From NCBI GenBank assembly GCA_965658995.1, contig CBFHVI010000001.1, positions 1,599 to 65,598 on the forward strand: DNA of 64,000 nt, given 5' to 3'. This document shows, piece after piece, positions 41,966 to 50,778 of this stretch. The translations under genes and the position numbers were made by a program. The DNA comes from Flavobacteriales bacterium. Its GTDB lineage: Bacteria; Bacteroidota; Bacteroidia; Flavobacteriales_D; CAJJDF01. Within the stretch, counting starts at the first letter, position 1. Each line of letters starts with the position of its first letter. Under the pieces are notes generated by a model. That model was given only the letters and a program-made list of their open reading frames with translations, was not told the origin of the DNA and made no database searches.

Positions 41966-42778
41966 TTATTTTTTCGGCAAATTGTATGCTATATTTTTAA
42001 TATGGGCCGCAATTTCTTTGTCAGATTTTGATTCTTCAAAATCGATCACAGAGATGGGCTTTCCAAAGTAAATCGGCAGCACTTTGTTTTTTTGCTTGAA
42101 TAATTCGTCAGCCAAATACAACATTTCAATATTGGATTTTATTCCTATAGCTTCCCTAAGCGCGGACAACCGATAAAAGAAATTTGACAATTCACCGTCT
42201 ATAAATACAGGGACAATTTTTTTATTTGATTTTTTGGCCCGAGTTACAAAAGTTTTTTTCCATTCCAAATCACTCACTACACCTTTTTTCTTTCGCGAAA
42301 CAAGTCCAGCAGGAAATAAAAACACAGCTTTGTCTGACTCAAAAAGTTCATTTACTTTTTGGAGTGATTCTTTTGCATTCTTTCCATGTTTGTCTACCCC
42401 AACAAACAATCCCTTCAAGTTTTCCAGACTCATCAGGAGGTCGTTCACAATAAACATAATATCCTTTCTTATTGGAGCCACTTCTTTCACAATGGCCATT
42501 GCATCCATCCCTCCAAGAGGATGATTAGATACGAAGATTACACCTTCTTCTTTTGGGATGTTCTGGAGGCCATGCGATTCAACAGAAATATTGAATCTTT
42601 TGATAATATCAATGCAAAAATCTACCCCAATTACTTGTTCATTTTCTTCCAAAATTTGATTGATTTCGGATTGATGAAGGATTCGTTTTAAGTAATTAAT
42701 AAGAAAGCGAGGAAGTCTTTTCAAGAGTTTAGGGTTTTTACTTCCTATCAACCTTTCTATATCGATGAATTTTTCCAT
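41966..42778 (-). CDS. PlsC-like acyltransferase (OlsA/GlsA-like)
   Basis: SNHPLGGMD (HX4D-like motif) and FPAGLVSR. Confidence 0.8.
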   Translation of the reverse strand: MEKFIDIERLIGSKNPKLLKRLPRFLINYLKRILHQSEINQILEENEQVIGVDFCIDIIKRFNISVESHGLQNIPKEEGVIFVSNHPLGGMDAMAIVKEVAPIRKDIMFIVNDLLMSLENLKGLFVGVDKHGKNAKESLQKVNELFESDKAVFLFPAGLVSRKKKGVVSDLEWKKTFVTRAKKSNKKIVPVFIDGELSNFFYRLSALREAIGIKSNIEMLYLADELFKQKNKVLPIYFGKPISVIDFEESKSDKEIAAHIKNIAYNLPKK

Positions 42779-42799
42779 TTACTAAAGGTAAAAAAAAAC

Positions 42800-43603
42800 T
42801 TAATATGCTCTGATACTGTCAATAATAACCTTTTTTACAGGCCAATTATATTTGTCCACTTTTACTTTCGAAATTTTTGATAAGGTTTCAAATCCCGAAA
42901 CTAGTTCGCCAAAAACAGTATAATCACCATCCAAATGAGGAGTTCCGCCCGATTTTTGATACACTTTCTTTTGATAATTGGTATATTTCTTACCCTGCTC
43001 CTCTTTCTGCTTGAAGTAATAAGAAGGAAGTTTTTGACCTTCAACAAGGTAAAAATTTATAGAACTTGATTTTTTACCTAAACTTTGTTCTTCCGTGGGA
43101 ACTGCCATTGCGAGGGCTCCTTTCTTATGAATATTGTTCACCTTTATCTCATTCGGTATTCTATACCCACCTATTTCATTCAGTTTGTTCATTATTTCCG
43201 CATCATCAGAATTCCCCCCTTGAATCATAAAATTATCTATAATCCGATAAAACAAGGTGTTGTCATAAAACTTCTTTTTGGCGAGCATCACAAAATTTGC
43301 GCGATGAAGAGGGGTGTTGGTGTATAACTTTAAGGTCATAGTACCTAATGTGGTGTAGATAACAATTTTTGTTTCTCGATTTGTATTTCCAAAGGCAGTT
43401 AATTTGTCCTTGGCGTTTCTATTTGTGATTATGGTACGAGCGATTCGATTTATAATACTATCACTATCGAGGCTAGTTGTAGAAGAAACCTTTTTTTTGG
43501 AAGGAAGTTTGGCAGGGGCATCTTTTTTTACTAATTCTTGCTGGCAACTTGAAACTACCAACACACCAAAAAAAAGTAAAAAAGCACTGAGTTTTACAGA
43601 CAT
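42800..43603 (-). CDS. cyclophilin-type peptidyl-prolyl isomerase lipoprotein
   Basis: Lipobox VSSC; motifs TPLHRANF, FYRIIDNFMIQGG and HLDGDYTVFG. Confidence 0.88.
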   Translation of the reverse strand: MSVKLSAFLLFFGVLVVSSCQQELVKKDAPAKLPSKKKVSSTTSLDSDSIINRIARTIITNRNAKDKLTAFGNTNRETKIVIYTTLGTMTLKLYTNTPLHRANFVMLAKKKFYDNTLFYRIIDNFMIQGGNSDDAEIMNKLNEIGGYRIPNEIKVNNIHKKGALAMAVPTEEQSLGKKSSSINFYLVEGQKLPSYYFKQKEEQGKKYTNYQKKVYQKSGGTPHLDGDYTVFGELVSGFETLSKISKVKVDKYNWPVKKVIIDSIRAY

Positions 43604-43631
43604 CCTGCTAAGAAAATTAAAGGCACAAAAA

Positions 43632-43729
43632 ATGGCAAGCTACTCATATCGCACCGCTACGACCACCTACCCTTGCTACGTTCCCGTCCTGGGGGATTCA
43701 GTAGGAGCTGGTCGTATGAGACTTGCCAT
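43632..43729 (-). ncRNA. ffs: signal recognition particle small RNA (4.5S)
   Basis: Terminal stem ATGGCAAG...CTTGCCAT. Helix 8 reads CAGGACG-GGAA-CGTAGCA, with a GNRA loop and the CAGG/AGCA internal loop. Promoter TATCTTTG at 43739-43732. Confidence 0.9.
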
Positions 43730-43938
43730 TCCAAAGATACAACATGATTTATAAATAGCAAGAAATTAGGAGTAAGTTTTGACATTAAACTTACTCTATT
43801 CTTCAACAATCTTGAAGGGTTCTCAAAAATCTGTTAATTATTTCTAAATTAATTATTATTTTTAACAAATTATCAAGCAACCTTCAGCAAAATATCATCG
43901 TTTGTAAGATAACAACTAAAGAAAAAAGAACCATACTT

Positions 43939-46900
43939 ATGAAACTGAAAATTCTATCAGCATTAATTATTATTATTCTCAGTCTGCAAGGACTATCCTC
44001 TCACTTTGCAGGAGGAAACATTTATTACGACTGTCTGGGGAATAACCAGTATAGAATTTGGGCAGAAATCACTTTAGATTGTGGTGGAGCTTCAAACCCT
44101 ACTTCATTTCCTATTACATCCACCAACACATGTGGCTTATCAAATCCAACTATTTCTCTATCTCTAATCTCATCACAAACCAGAAACGTTTCTCAAGTAT
44201 GTTTTAAGGATAGTCTTCTTACGAGTTGTATCAATTCAAGTAATACTCTTCAGGGAAGAAGAAGGTATTTGTATTCTGCTGTTGTTACACTTCCTCCTTG
44301 TAACAACTGGACTTTTGGATGGTCTTCTTGTTGTAGAAATGGTGGTTTAGGTGGTGTGGTAAATTTGACAACAGCAGGAAATATATATTTAGAAACCAAA
44401 ATGTTTAGTGCCAACGATTCTTGTAATAATTCTGTGAGATACACAGGTGTACAAAACCCGTATGTTTGTATCAACCAACCTGCTAGTTACAACTTTGGTG
44501 CTGTTGATCCTGATGGTGATAGTTTGGCTTATGTGTTGATTCCTGCCATGACAGGTGCAGCAACTTTTTCACCTTATAATACACCTTACTCTGGTCAGAA
44601 TCCTATTAGTGCAATTGTATTAGATAGTACTACTGGAACAATCACTTTTACTCCCAATACGCTTGGTTCTTTTGTTGTGGTAGTTCAAGTAACGGAATAC
44701 GACACCGCAGGAAATATCTTAGCAGTTACGATGAGAGATATCCAGATTGTTGTGTACAACTGCGCAGGAAATATTCCGCCAGACCCTACTCCATCCTTTC
44801 TTTATAATGTAGTAGGTCAGGGAACTATTGCTGGACCAAAAAAACTAGAAGTCTGCGAGGGAGATTCATTTTGTGTAGATTTTCAAGTGTATGATTCAAA
44901 TGCTTTGGACACACTTACTCTTTGGAGTACAAACATTGCTTCTGTTTTGCCAGGTGCAACGTTGAGCTACACAGGGACAAACCCAATTACAGGAACAATA
45001 TGTTGGAGTGTACCGTCTAACTCTCCTGCCATAAACCCTGTTAGTTTATCGGTAGATGACGGATATTGTCCTATACCAGCAAGAGCCTCATTTAGTGTTA
45101 TAATAGAAGTGATAAAAAGTACGTATGTTTCCCCAGACGTGACCATCTGTTTGGGAGATAGTACTCAACTCACAGCTCAAGGAGGAAGTACGTTTACTTG
45201 GGCATCCATTTCTGGTCCGCCACTCGCGGTAGGAACAAATTTCGATTGTGATACTTGTCAACCAGCGTTTGCAAAACCAACTGCTACAACTATTTACGAA
45301 GTAACGAGTGATTTATCGGGAGGTTGTAAAAACAAGGATACAGTTCAGGTAACGGTCGCTTCCAATTTTAATTATAACTTGACACAAACCGGTACTGCCA
45401 GTTGTAAACTTGACCCTATTAGTTTTAATATTACTCCACTAGTTCCCGATACTTATACTTACTTATGGACACCAGCGAGTATGCTGAACGCAAATAACAT
45501 TCCAAACCCTGTACTAAACCCGACTCAATCTGGGTTATTCAACTATATAATTACTGCCACAAATTCACAAGGATGTGTGAAATATGATACGGTTAGTGTA
45601 TTTGTATCAAACGGAGTAAAACCAGATGTAAAAGCATTTACAGACAAGGATACTGTCATCTGTAACGACATTGCAAATCTAGCCGCATGGGTAGATACCG
45701 CAGCTTCAGTGAGTAATCTTCGAGACGATTTTGATAATGCACTGAGCCCATTTGCCTTCGTGAGCAATATTTCGGGAGGAGCAATTGGATCTGGATGTGG
45801 AGCTAATTCTCCGCCTAGTTCATTAAACTTTAATGCCGGTGGAAACCGAGAACTTCGAACATCTTCTATACAAGTTGGAAATTGTACACAAATCACATAC
45901 TCCATAAGATTAGGAAATGCTGCTTCTGGTTTTTCTTGTGAAAATGTGGAAAGTACAGACCCTGTATATTTTCAATATTCAATAAACAACGGTACCACAT
46001 GGGTGAATCTAAGGACTCACTCTTACCTTGGATGGTTGGTATCTACTGGATGGCAAACATTTACATCACCAATGCCTGCAGGAGCAACAAGCATAATGTT
46101 TAGATGGCATCAGCCAGTACATGGTGGAGTTGGACAGGACAACTGGGCACTTGATGATATCCAAATCGATTGTAGTTCGCTAAATAACTATGCCTACAGC
46201 TGGACTCCTACTCCTACTCTAGGAACCCCAAATTCGCCTTTTACAACTGCTCAACCAAATGTCGGAACTAATTATCAATTGGTTGTTACTGATACAACTG
46301 GAGGATGTTCCGATACCGCGTTTGTTTATTTAGAAGCTTCAACCGACTACCCGATGATTGATGTATCTATTGATACAAATAATGGATGTAAACCTGTAAT
46401 TGTTACATTTACCAACAATACAGATCCAACAAGAATTGGAACAATCGAATGGGATTTTGGTGACGGAACCACTAGTACGACATTAATAAATCCAATGGTT
46501 CATACCTACACTGAACCGGGAACTTATTCGGTATATGTAAAAATTACATCACCCAATGGATGTGTCTCTGACACGACATATACCAACCTAGTAACTGTGT
46601 ATGACATTCCCGTTGCGTTTTTTAATGCGAATCCACAGCCCACAAATATTTCTAATCCAAACATTAACTTCTTTGATCTATCAAGTAATTTTGTGAATCA
46701 ATGGGATTGGGCCTTTGGTATCAACCTACCCGGATTTCCTACAAACTCAAATTTACAGAATCCTTCAGTGAAATATCCCGACTTAAATAGCGGAGTATAT
46801 CCTGTGACTTTGATCGTTGGATCGGCCAATGGATGTTACGACACTGTATCAAGAAACATTATCATTGATGGACTGTATACTCTCTATCTTCCGAGTTCGT

Positions 46901-47178
46901 TTACTCCAAATGATGACGGACTTAACGATGTATTTGGTCCAAGTGGTGAAAAAATAGACCCAGACAATTACAAATTTATGATTTTCAATAGATGGGGAGA
47001 AACAATATTTAGTTCATCTAGCGTATCGGATAAATGGAACGGAAGACTGAACAATAGTGGAGACCTATTACCCGAAGGAACCTATGTGTGGCGAATAATG
47101 GCAAAAGATGGTAATACAGGTGAGGAGCATGAATACTTTGGACATGTGGTACTCCTGCAAAAACTAAAACTAGAATAA
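43939..47178 (+). CDS. T9SS type B cargo protein (gliding motility-associated CTD) with PKD domains and a reelin-like domain
   Basis: Signal peptide followed by SHFAGGNIYY; PKD motif WDFGDG; CTD YLPSSFTPNDDGLNDVF...IFNRWGE...WNG...GTYVW. Confidence 0.88.
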   Translation: MKLKILSALIIIILSLQGLSSHFAGGNIYYDCLGNNQYRIWAEITLDCGGASNPTSFPITSTNTCGLSNPTISLSLISSQTRNVSQVCFKDSLLTSCINSSNTLQGRRRYLYSAVVTLPPCNNWTFGWSSCCRNGGLGGVVNLTTAGNIYLETKMFSANDSCNNSVRYTGVQNPYVCINQPASYNFGAVDPDGDSLAYVLIPAMTGAATFSPYNTPYSGQNPISAIVLDSTTGTITFTPNTLGSFVVVVQVTEYDTAGNILAVTMRDIQIVVYNCAGNIPPDPTPSFLYNVVGQGTIAGPKKLEVCEGDSFCVDFQVYDSNALDTLTLWSTNIASVLPGATLSYTGTNPITGTICWSVPSNSPAINPVSLSVDDGYCPIPARASFSVIIEVIKSTYVSPDVTICLGDSTQLTAQGGSTFTWASISGPPLAVGTNFDCDTCQPAFAKPTATTIYEVTSDLSGGCKNKDTVQVTVASNFNYNLTQTGTASCKLDPISFNITPLVPDTYTYLWTPASMLNANNIPNPVLNPTQSGLFNYIITATNSQGCVKYDTVSVFVSNGVKPDVKAFTDKDTVICNDIANLAAWVDTAASVSNLRDDFDNALSPFAFVSNISGGAIGSGCGANSPPSSLNFNAGGNRELRTSSIQVGNCTQITYSIRLGNAASGFSCENVESTDPVYFQYSINNGTTWVNLRTHSYLGWLVSTGWQTFTSPMPAGATSIMFRWHQPVHGGVGQDNWALDDIQIDCSSLNNYAYSWTPTPTLGTPNSPFTTAQPNVGTNYQLVVTDTTGGCSDTAFVYLEASTDYPMIDVSIDTNNGCKPVIVTFTNNTDPTRIGTIEWDFGDGTTSTTLINPMVHTYTEPGTYSVYVKITSPNGCVSDTTYTNLVTVYDIPVAFFNANPQPTNISNPNINFFDLSSNFVNQWDWAFGINLPGFPTNSNLQNPSVKYPDLNSGVYPVTLIVGSANGCYDTVSRNIIIDGLYTLYLPSSFTPNDDGLNDVFGPSGEKIDPDNYKFMIFNRWGETIFSSSSVSDKWNGRLNNSGDLLPEGTYVWRIMAKDGNTGEEHEYFGHVVLLQKLKLE

Positions 47179-47221
47179 AAAAACTAAGCTGGTATTTACC
47201 TCTCTCTAAAAATCTTTTTTT

Positions 47222-47254
47222 AGCAAGCCTCATTAAAGAGGCTTGCTTTTTTTT
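47222..47254 (+). terminator. intrinsic terminator
   Basis: AGCAAGCCTC-N6-GAGGCTTGCT followed by a T tract. Confidence 0.8.
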
Positions 47255-47282
47255 GTTATAAATAGTCATATTATTGAATTTT

Positions 47283-47300
47283 TGAAAGTAATACTATTAT
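47283..47300 (+). promoter_or_regulatory. putative TetR operator TGAAAGTAATACTATTAT overlapping -7 element TATATTTG (47298-47305)
   Basis: 17/18 identical to the site upstream of the ABC gene. Confidence 0.7.
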
Positions 47301-47323
47301 ATTTGAGTGTAAATTAAAAAAGT

Positions 47324-47995
47324 TTGGAAAACCTGAAAATACATATTAAAGTAAATGAAGATCTTTATTTGAAAGATCCTGAATCAACTAAGCTCGGGAA
47401 AAAGATAATTTCTTATAGTATCTTACTCATTGATGAATTAGGATTTGAATCTTTTACTTTTAAAAAGCTTGCCACCAAAATTAATTCTACAGAAAGTTCA
47501 ATATACCGATACTTTGAAAGTAAATATTCGTTGTTGCTCTATCTCTATTGCTGGTATTGGAGCTGGATTGAATACAAACTAGTTTTTGGAACAATCAACA
47601 CAAACTCCGCTTTGATTAGATTAAAGAAAACAATCGAAATAATTAGCTCTCCCATTGAAATTGACAACGATATTTCCCACATTAACGAAGTTATCTTGAA
47701 GAAAATCATCATTTCTGAATCAATTAAAGTGACTCACACCAAGATTGTAGACGAAGAAAATGAAAAAGGACACTTTAAAGTGTATAAACGAATCATTCGA
47801 AGAATTGCTGAGATTATTCAAGAAATCAATCCTGATTATCCCTATCCGCATATGTTGGTGTTCTCCATGATTGATGGTGTAATCGAGCAATCTTTCTTCT
47901 CTTCTCATCTTTCAGGGGTGACTGAGATGAAGGATGAACATGATACTTGCTTGATTGACTTCTACACCGATTTAATATTAAAAGCAATACAATAA
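47324..47995 (+). CDS. TetR/AcrR family transcriptional regulator
   Basis: HTH motif GFESFTFKKLA...ESSIYRYFESK; TTG start. Confidence 0.88.
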   Translation: MENLKIHIKVNEDLYLKDPESTKLGKKIISYSILLIDELGFESFTFKKLATKINSTESSIYRYFESKYSLLLYLYCWYWSWIEYKLVFGTINTNSALIRLKKTIEIISSPIEIDNDISHINEVILKKIIISESIKVTHTKIVDEENEKGHFKVYKRIIRRIAEIIQEINPDYPYPHMLVFSMIDGVIEQSFFSSHLSGVTEMKDEHDTCLIDFYTDLILKAIQ

Positions 47996-48004
47996 AATAC
48001 TCGA

Positions 48005-49414
48005 TTACTGAGCTAAGACTCCCAACGTGTGTTTAAGTTTGGCGTGTGCTTTTTGATTGCTAGCAATGCTTTTGGCGAAATCAATTTGAGAATAGATATA
48101 ATTTTTTTCTCTCGTATTGATCATAAAAATAGAGCTTTCACCTAGGTCAAATAATCTCAATTCTGCATCGAGTAGTTTTTCATAATTCAATTGATTATTC
48201 AAAAATAATTTGGCTTGCGAGAAACTCGTACCAGAGGTATTATAAGCTGCAATTATCTTGTACTTTACTTGTTGATTTTTCTCCGCAAATCCCGCTTGCA
48301 TATCTCTGATTTCTAATTTATCTAGTTTTACTTGTCCTCTTTCTTTTCTAATAAACAATGGAAAACTTACCTCTGCGCTCCATTTATAATTATTTGCGTT
48401 GTATGTTTCAAAGGTAGAAGCAAAAGTATTTTGAGCTAAAGCATTGTACTTCAAATTAACAGTAGGTTTTAGGCTTTCTTTGCTCAATCGCAAATCAATT
48501 TGTTTTGATTCTATTTTATACAAATAGTTGACCAAATCCGGATGGGTTGAAATAAGTGAATCTGCCATAGAGAATAACGAATCATCAGCAGGAACAAGCA
48601 ATTCGCTTGTCAATTCTGGTGGAGATACATCTTCGGACAGTTCTAGAGGAACAATTCCCTCTTGCCACAAAAATACCTGAAGTAGTTCTGTATTATTTTT
48701 GTAAGAAAGTGTTGCCTCTTGCAGAGATATTTGTCTATTCTGTACCACAATATGATATTCCAAAGTATCAATCATAGGTTTATTTCCCATTACCGCCTCT
48801 TGTTTAATTCCTATGAACCTTGACAGGGCATTTGAGTAGGCATTTCGATATATTTCCATCTCGTGAAAGGATTTAAACCATTCCCAATAAACTGCGCTAG
48901 ACTCATACAGCAAGTCGTTTAGTATAATTATTCTTTGCGCATCTGTGCTATTTTTGTAGATCTTAGCTTTTTTTAATTCGGCCCTTCGTTCGTCAATAAA
49001 CAACCCTTTTCCGAGTGTAATTCCAACCCCCGCATTCCAAAGACCATCGGCAGGCGTGTTGAGTTCTGGGTTAAGAAACGTACCTTCGTTCAATTCATAT
49101 CCTCCTTCAAGAGTAATTCCGAACCAAGTGGGTATTTTTAATCCTCCTCGATTCTCTGCATAATAGGAATTATTATCAAAATCTTTGTAATTGGCATTGC
49201 CATAGAATTTTGGATCAAAACCACCTCGTGCTTTCATCAGATAAGCTTTTCCTTTTTGGGTAGTTAAATCTGCCTGGATAGCTACTGGATGATTACTTTT
49301 TACAATTCCAATAAACTCCTCGAACCCAAATTCTTGCTTAATTTCTTGAGCGTATAAAAACACTGGAAAAGCAAAAAGGAAAACGACCAATACGGTTCTT
49401 AAACTTTTTGTCAT
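48005..49414 (-). CDS. TolC family outer-membrane protein
   Basis: Signal peptide, NHP...ARGGFDP and AELRLFDLGESS; last gene of the ABC-HlyD operon. Confidence 0.85.
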   Translation of the reverse strand: MTKSLRTVLVVFLFAFPVFLYAQEIKQEFGFEEFIGIVKSNHPVAIQADLTTQKGKAYLMKARGGFDPKFYGNANYKDFDNNSYYAENRGGLKIPTWFGITLEGGYELNEGTFLNPELNTPADGLWNAGVGITLGKGLFIDERRAELKKAKIYKNSTDAQRIIILNDLLYESSAVYWEWFKSFHEMEIYRNAYSNALSRFIGIKQEAVMGNKPMIDTLEYHIVVQNRQISLQEATLSYKNNTELLQVFLWQEGIVPLELSEDVSPPELTSELLVPADDSLFSMADSLISTHPDLVNYLYKIESKQIDLRLSKESLKPTVNLKYNALAQNTFASTFETYNANNYKWSAEVSFPLFIRKERGQVKLDKLEIRDMQAGFAEKNQQVKYKIIAAYNTSGTSFSQAKLFLNNQLNYEKLLDAELRLFDLGESSIFMINTREKNYIYSQIDFAKSIASNQKAHAKLKHTLGVLAQ

Positions 49415-50766
49415 TTTTTCTTCTCGTTAAGGTTTGTTTGGGTTTTCTTACTATAAAAGTCAGGTGGGAATCCGTTGACATTTCGCCAAAGTTCATACCA
49501 AACGGGAACATCATTCAATAATATCATGTTGTTCGTTCCACCCCCATACATCAAGGCATTTGGCCAAGAGATATCAGTAGAATCTGGCTTTACTAATATT
49601 CTATATTTTCCATTTTCACCCAAAAACATATCCATGGCATACACATGTCCACTGTAAGTTCCATAACTCGCATTGGGCCATCCTGCAAATACAACTGCCG
49701 GCCAGCCATCAAATTGAATTTGAACTTTCTGTCCTACTTTCAGCAAGGGTAAATCAATAGGTGCCACAAAAAGCTCTACCGCCAGTTGATATTGTGTTGG
49801 CATTATTTTCACCAAGGGATCACCTTCTTTTATCATCTCTCCTATTCCTGCGTAAATCAAGCTAGAAATATACCCATCTTGTGGCGCTTTTACGTAGTAC
49901 AAATCATTCCTAAATGAATAATTAGATAATTCATTCATGAGTTTGTTTACTGTTCCCTCCGAATCGAATTGAGTAGATAAGGTAGAATAAATGTCTGAGT
50001 TGATTTTAGCGATATCCGAATCAAATTTCACCTTGATATTCGATAACTCAACCTGAGCATTTATTATTTCATTCTGGCTTGCCAACCATTTATTTTGCGC
50101 TTCAATTTTGTAGGCAAATGCTTTTTGCTCCTTTACTCTTTTGTTCTCCAAATCTGTCAATGACTTTAATCCATCTTTGTACAAACTGTCTGTCCGATTA
50201 AACTGACTAATAGCGGCCGCATAATTTGCCAAAGACGCTTGGTAATTATTTGAGTCATTTTGAGCTTTAAGTTTCGCTTGCAAAAGTTTGTTTTTTGCTT
50301 GTTGAATTTTCAATCTTCTTAACTCTTCCAACGCTACTCGCTGACTTTGCAACGCCATCACTTTACTCTTATAAGATTCTACAGAAGAAGACTTTAAATT
50401 CATTTGGTTCTTCGTTCTGGACATTAAACTTGTATCAAAATATCTGTCTTTTATCTCGGACAAGAAAGCAATTGTATCCCCTTTCTTAACGAAATCACCT
50501 TCTTGCACGAACCACTTTTCAATTTTTCCTGGGATCACGGAGTTGATTGTTTGAGGTCTTTGCGAAGGTTTAAGAGTAGTTACGTTTCCATTTGTTCGGA
50601 TATTTTGAGTCCATGGTAAAAAAAGTAGGACTATCGAGACAATAGAAATAACATACAAAAAGCGAATAAATGCCTTTTTGGAAGTTCTATTCTCCACTTT
50701 ATTGAGGGTATTAAATTTGCTTTCCTCTACCCTATTTGAAATATCTATTTTTGAAATATTTAGCAT
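49411..50766 (-). CDS. HlyD-family periplasmic adaptor
   Basis: N-terminal transmembrane helix, lipoyl half motifs VQEGDFVKKGD and APQDG, long coiled coil, C-terminal WYELWRNVNGFPP. Confidence 0.85.
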   Translation of the reverse strand: MLNISKIDISNRVEESKFNTLNKVENRTSKKAFIRFLYVISIVSIVLLFLPWTQNIRTNGNVTTLKPSQRPQTINSVIPGKIEKWFVQEGDFVKKGDTIAFLSEIKDRYFDTSLMSRTKNQMNLKSSSVESYKSKVMALQSQRVALEELRRLKIQQAKNKLLQAKLKAQNDSNNYQASLANYAAAISQFNRTDSLYKDGLKSLTDLENKRVKEQKAFAYKIEAQNKWLASQNEIINAQVELSNIKVKFDSDIAKINSDIYSTLSTQFDSEGTVNKLMNELSNYSFRNDLYYVKAPQDGYISSLIYAGIGEMIKEGDPLVKIMPTQYQLAVELFVAPIDLPLLKVGQKVQIQFDGWPAVVFAGWPNASYGTYSGHVYAMDMFLGENGKYRILVKPDSTDISWPNALMYGGGTNNMILLNDVPVWYELWRNVNGFPPDFYSKKTQTNLNEKKK

Positions 50767-50778
50767 AATTCTGTTCTC

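Noticed and set aside
43404..43754. 116-aa plus-strand ORF
   Set aside because: It is antisense to the cyclophilin gene and the SRP RNA, which explain the sequence.
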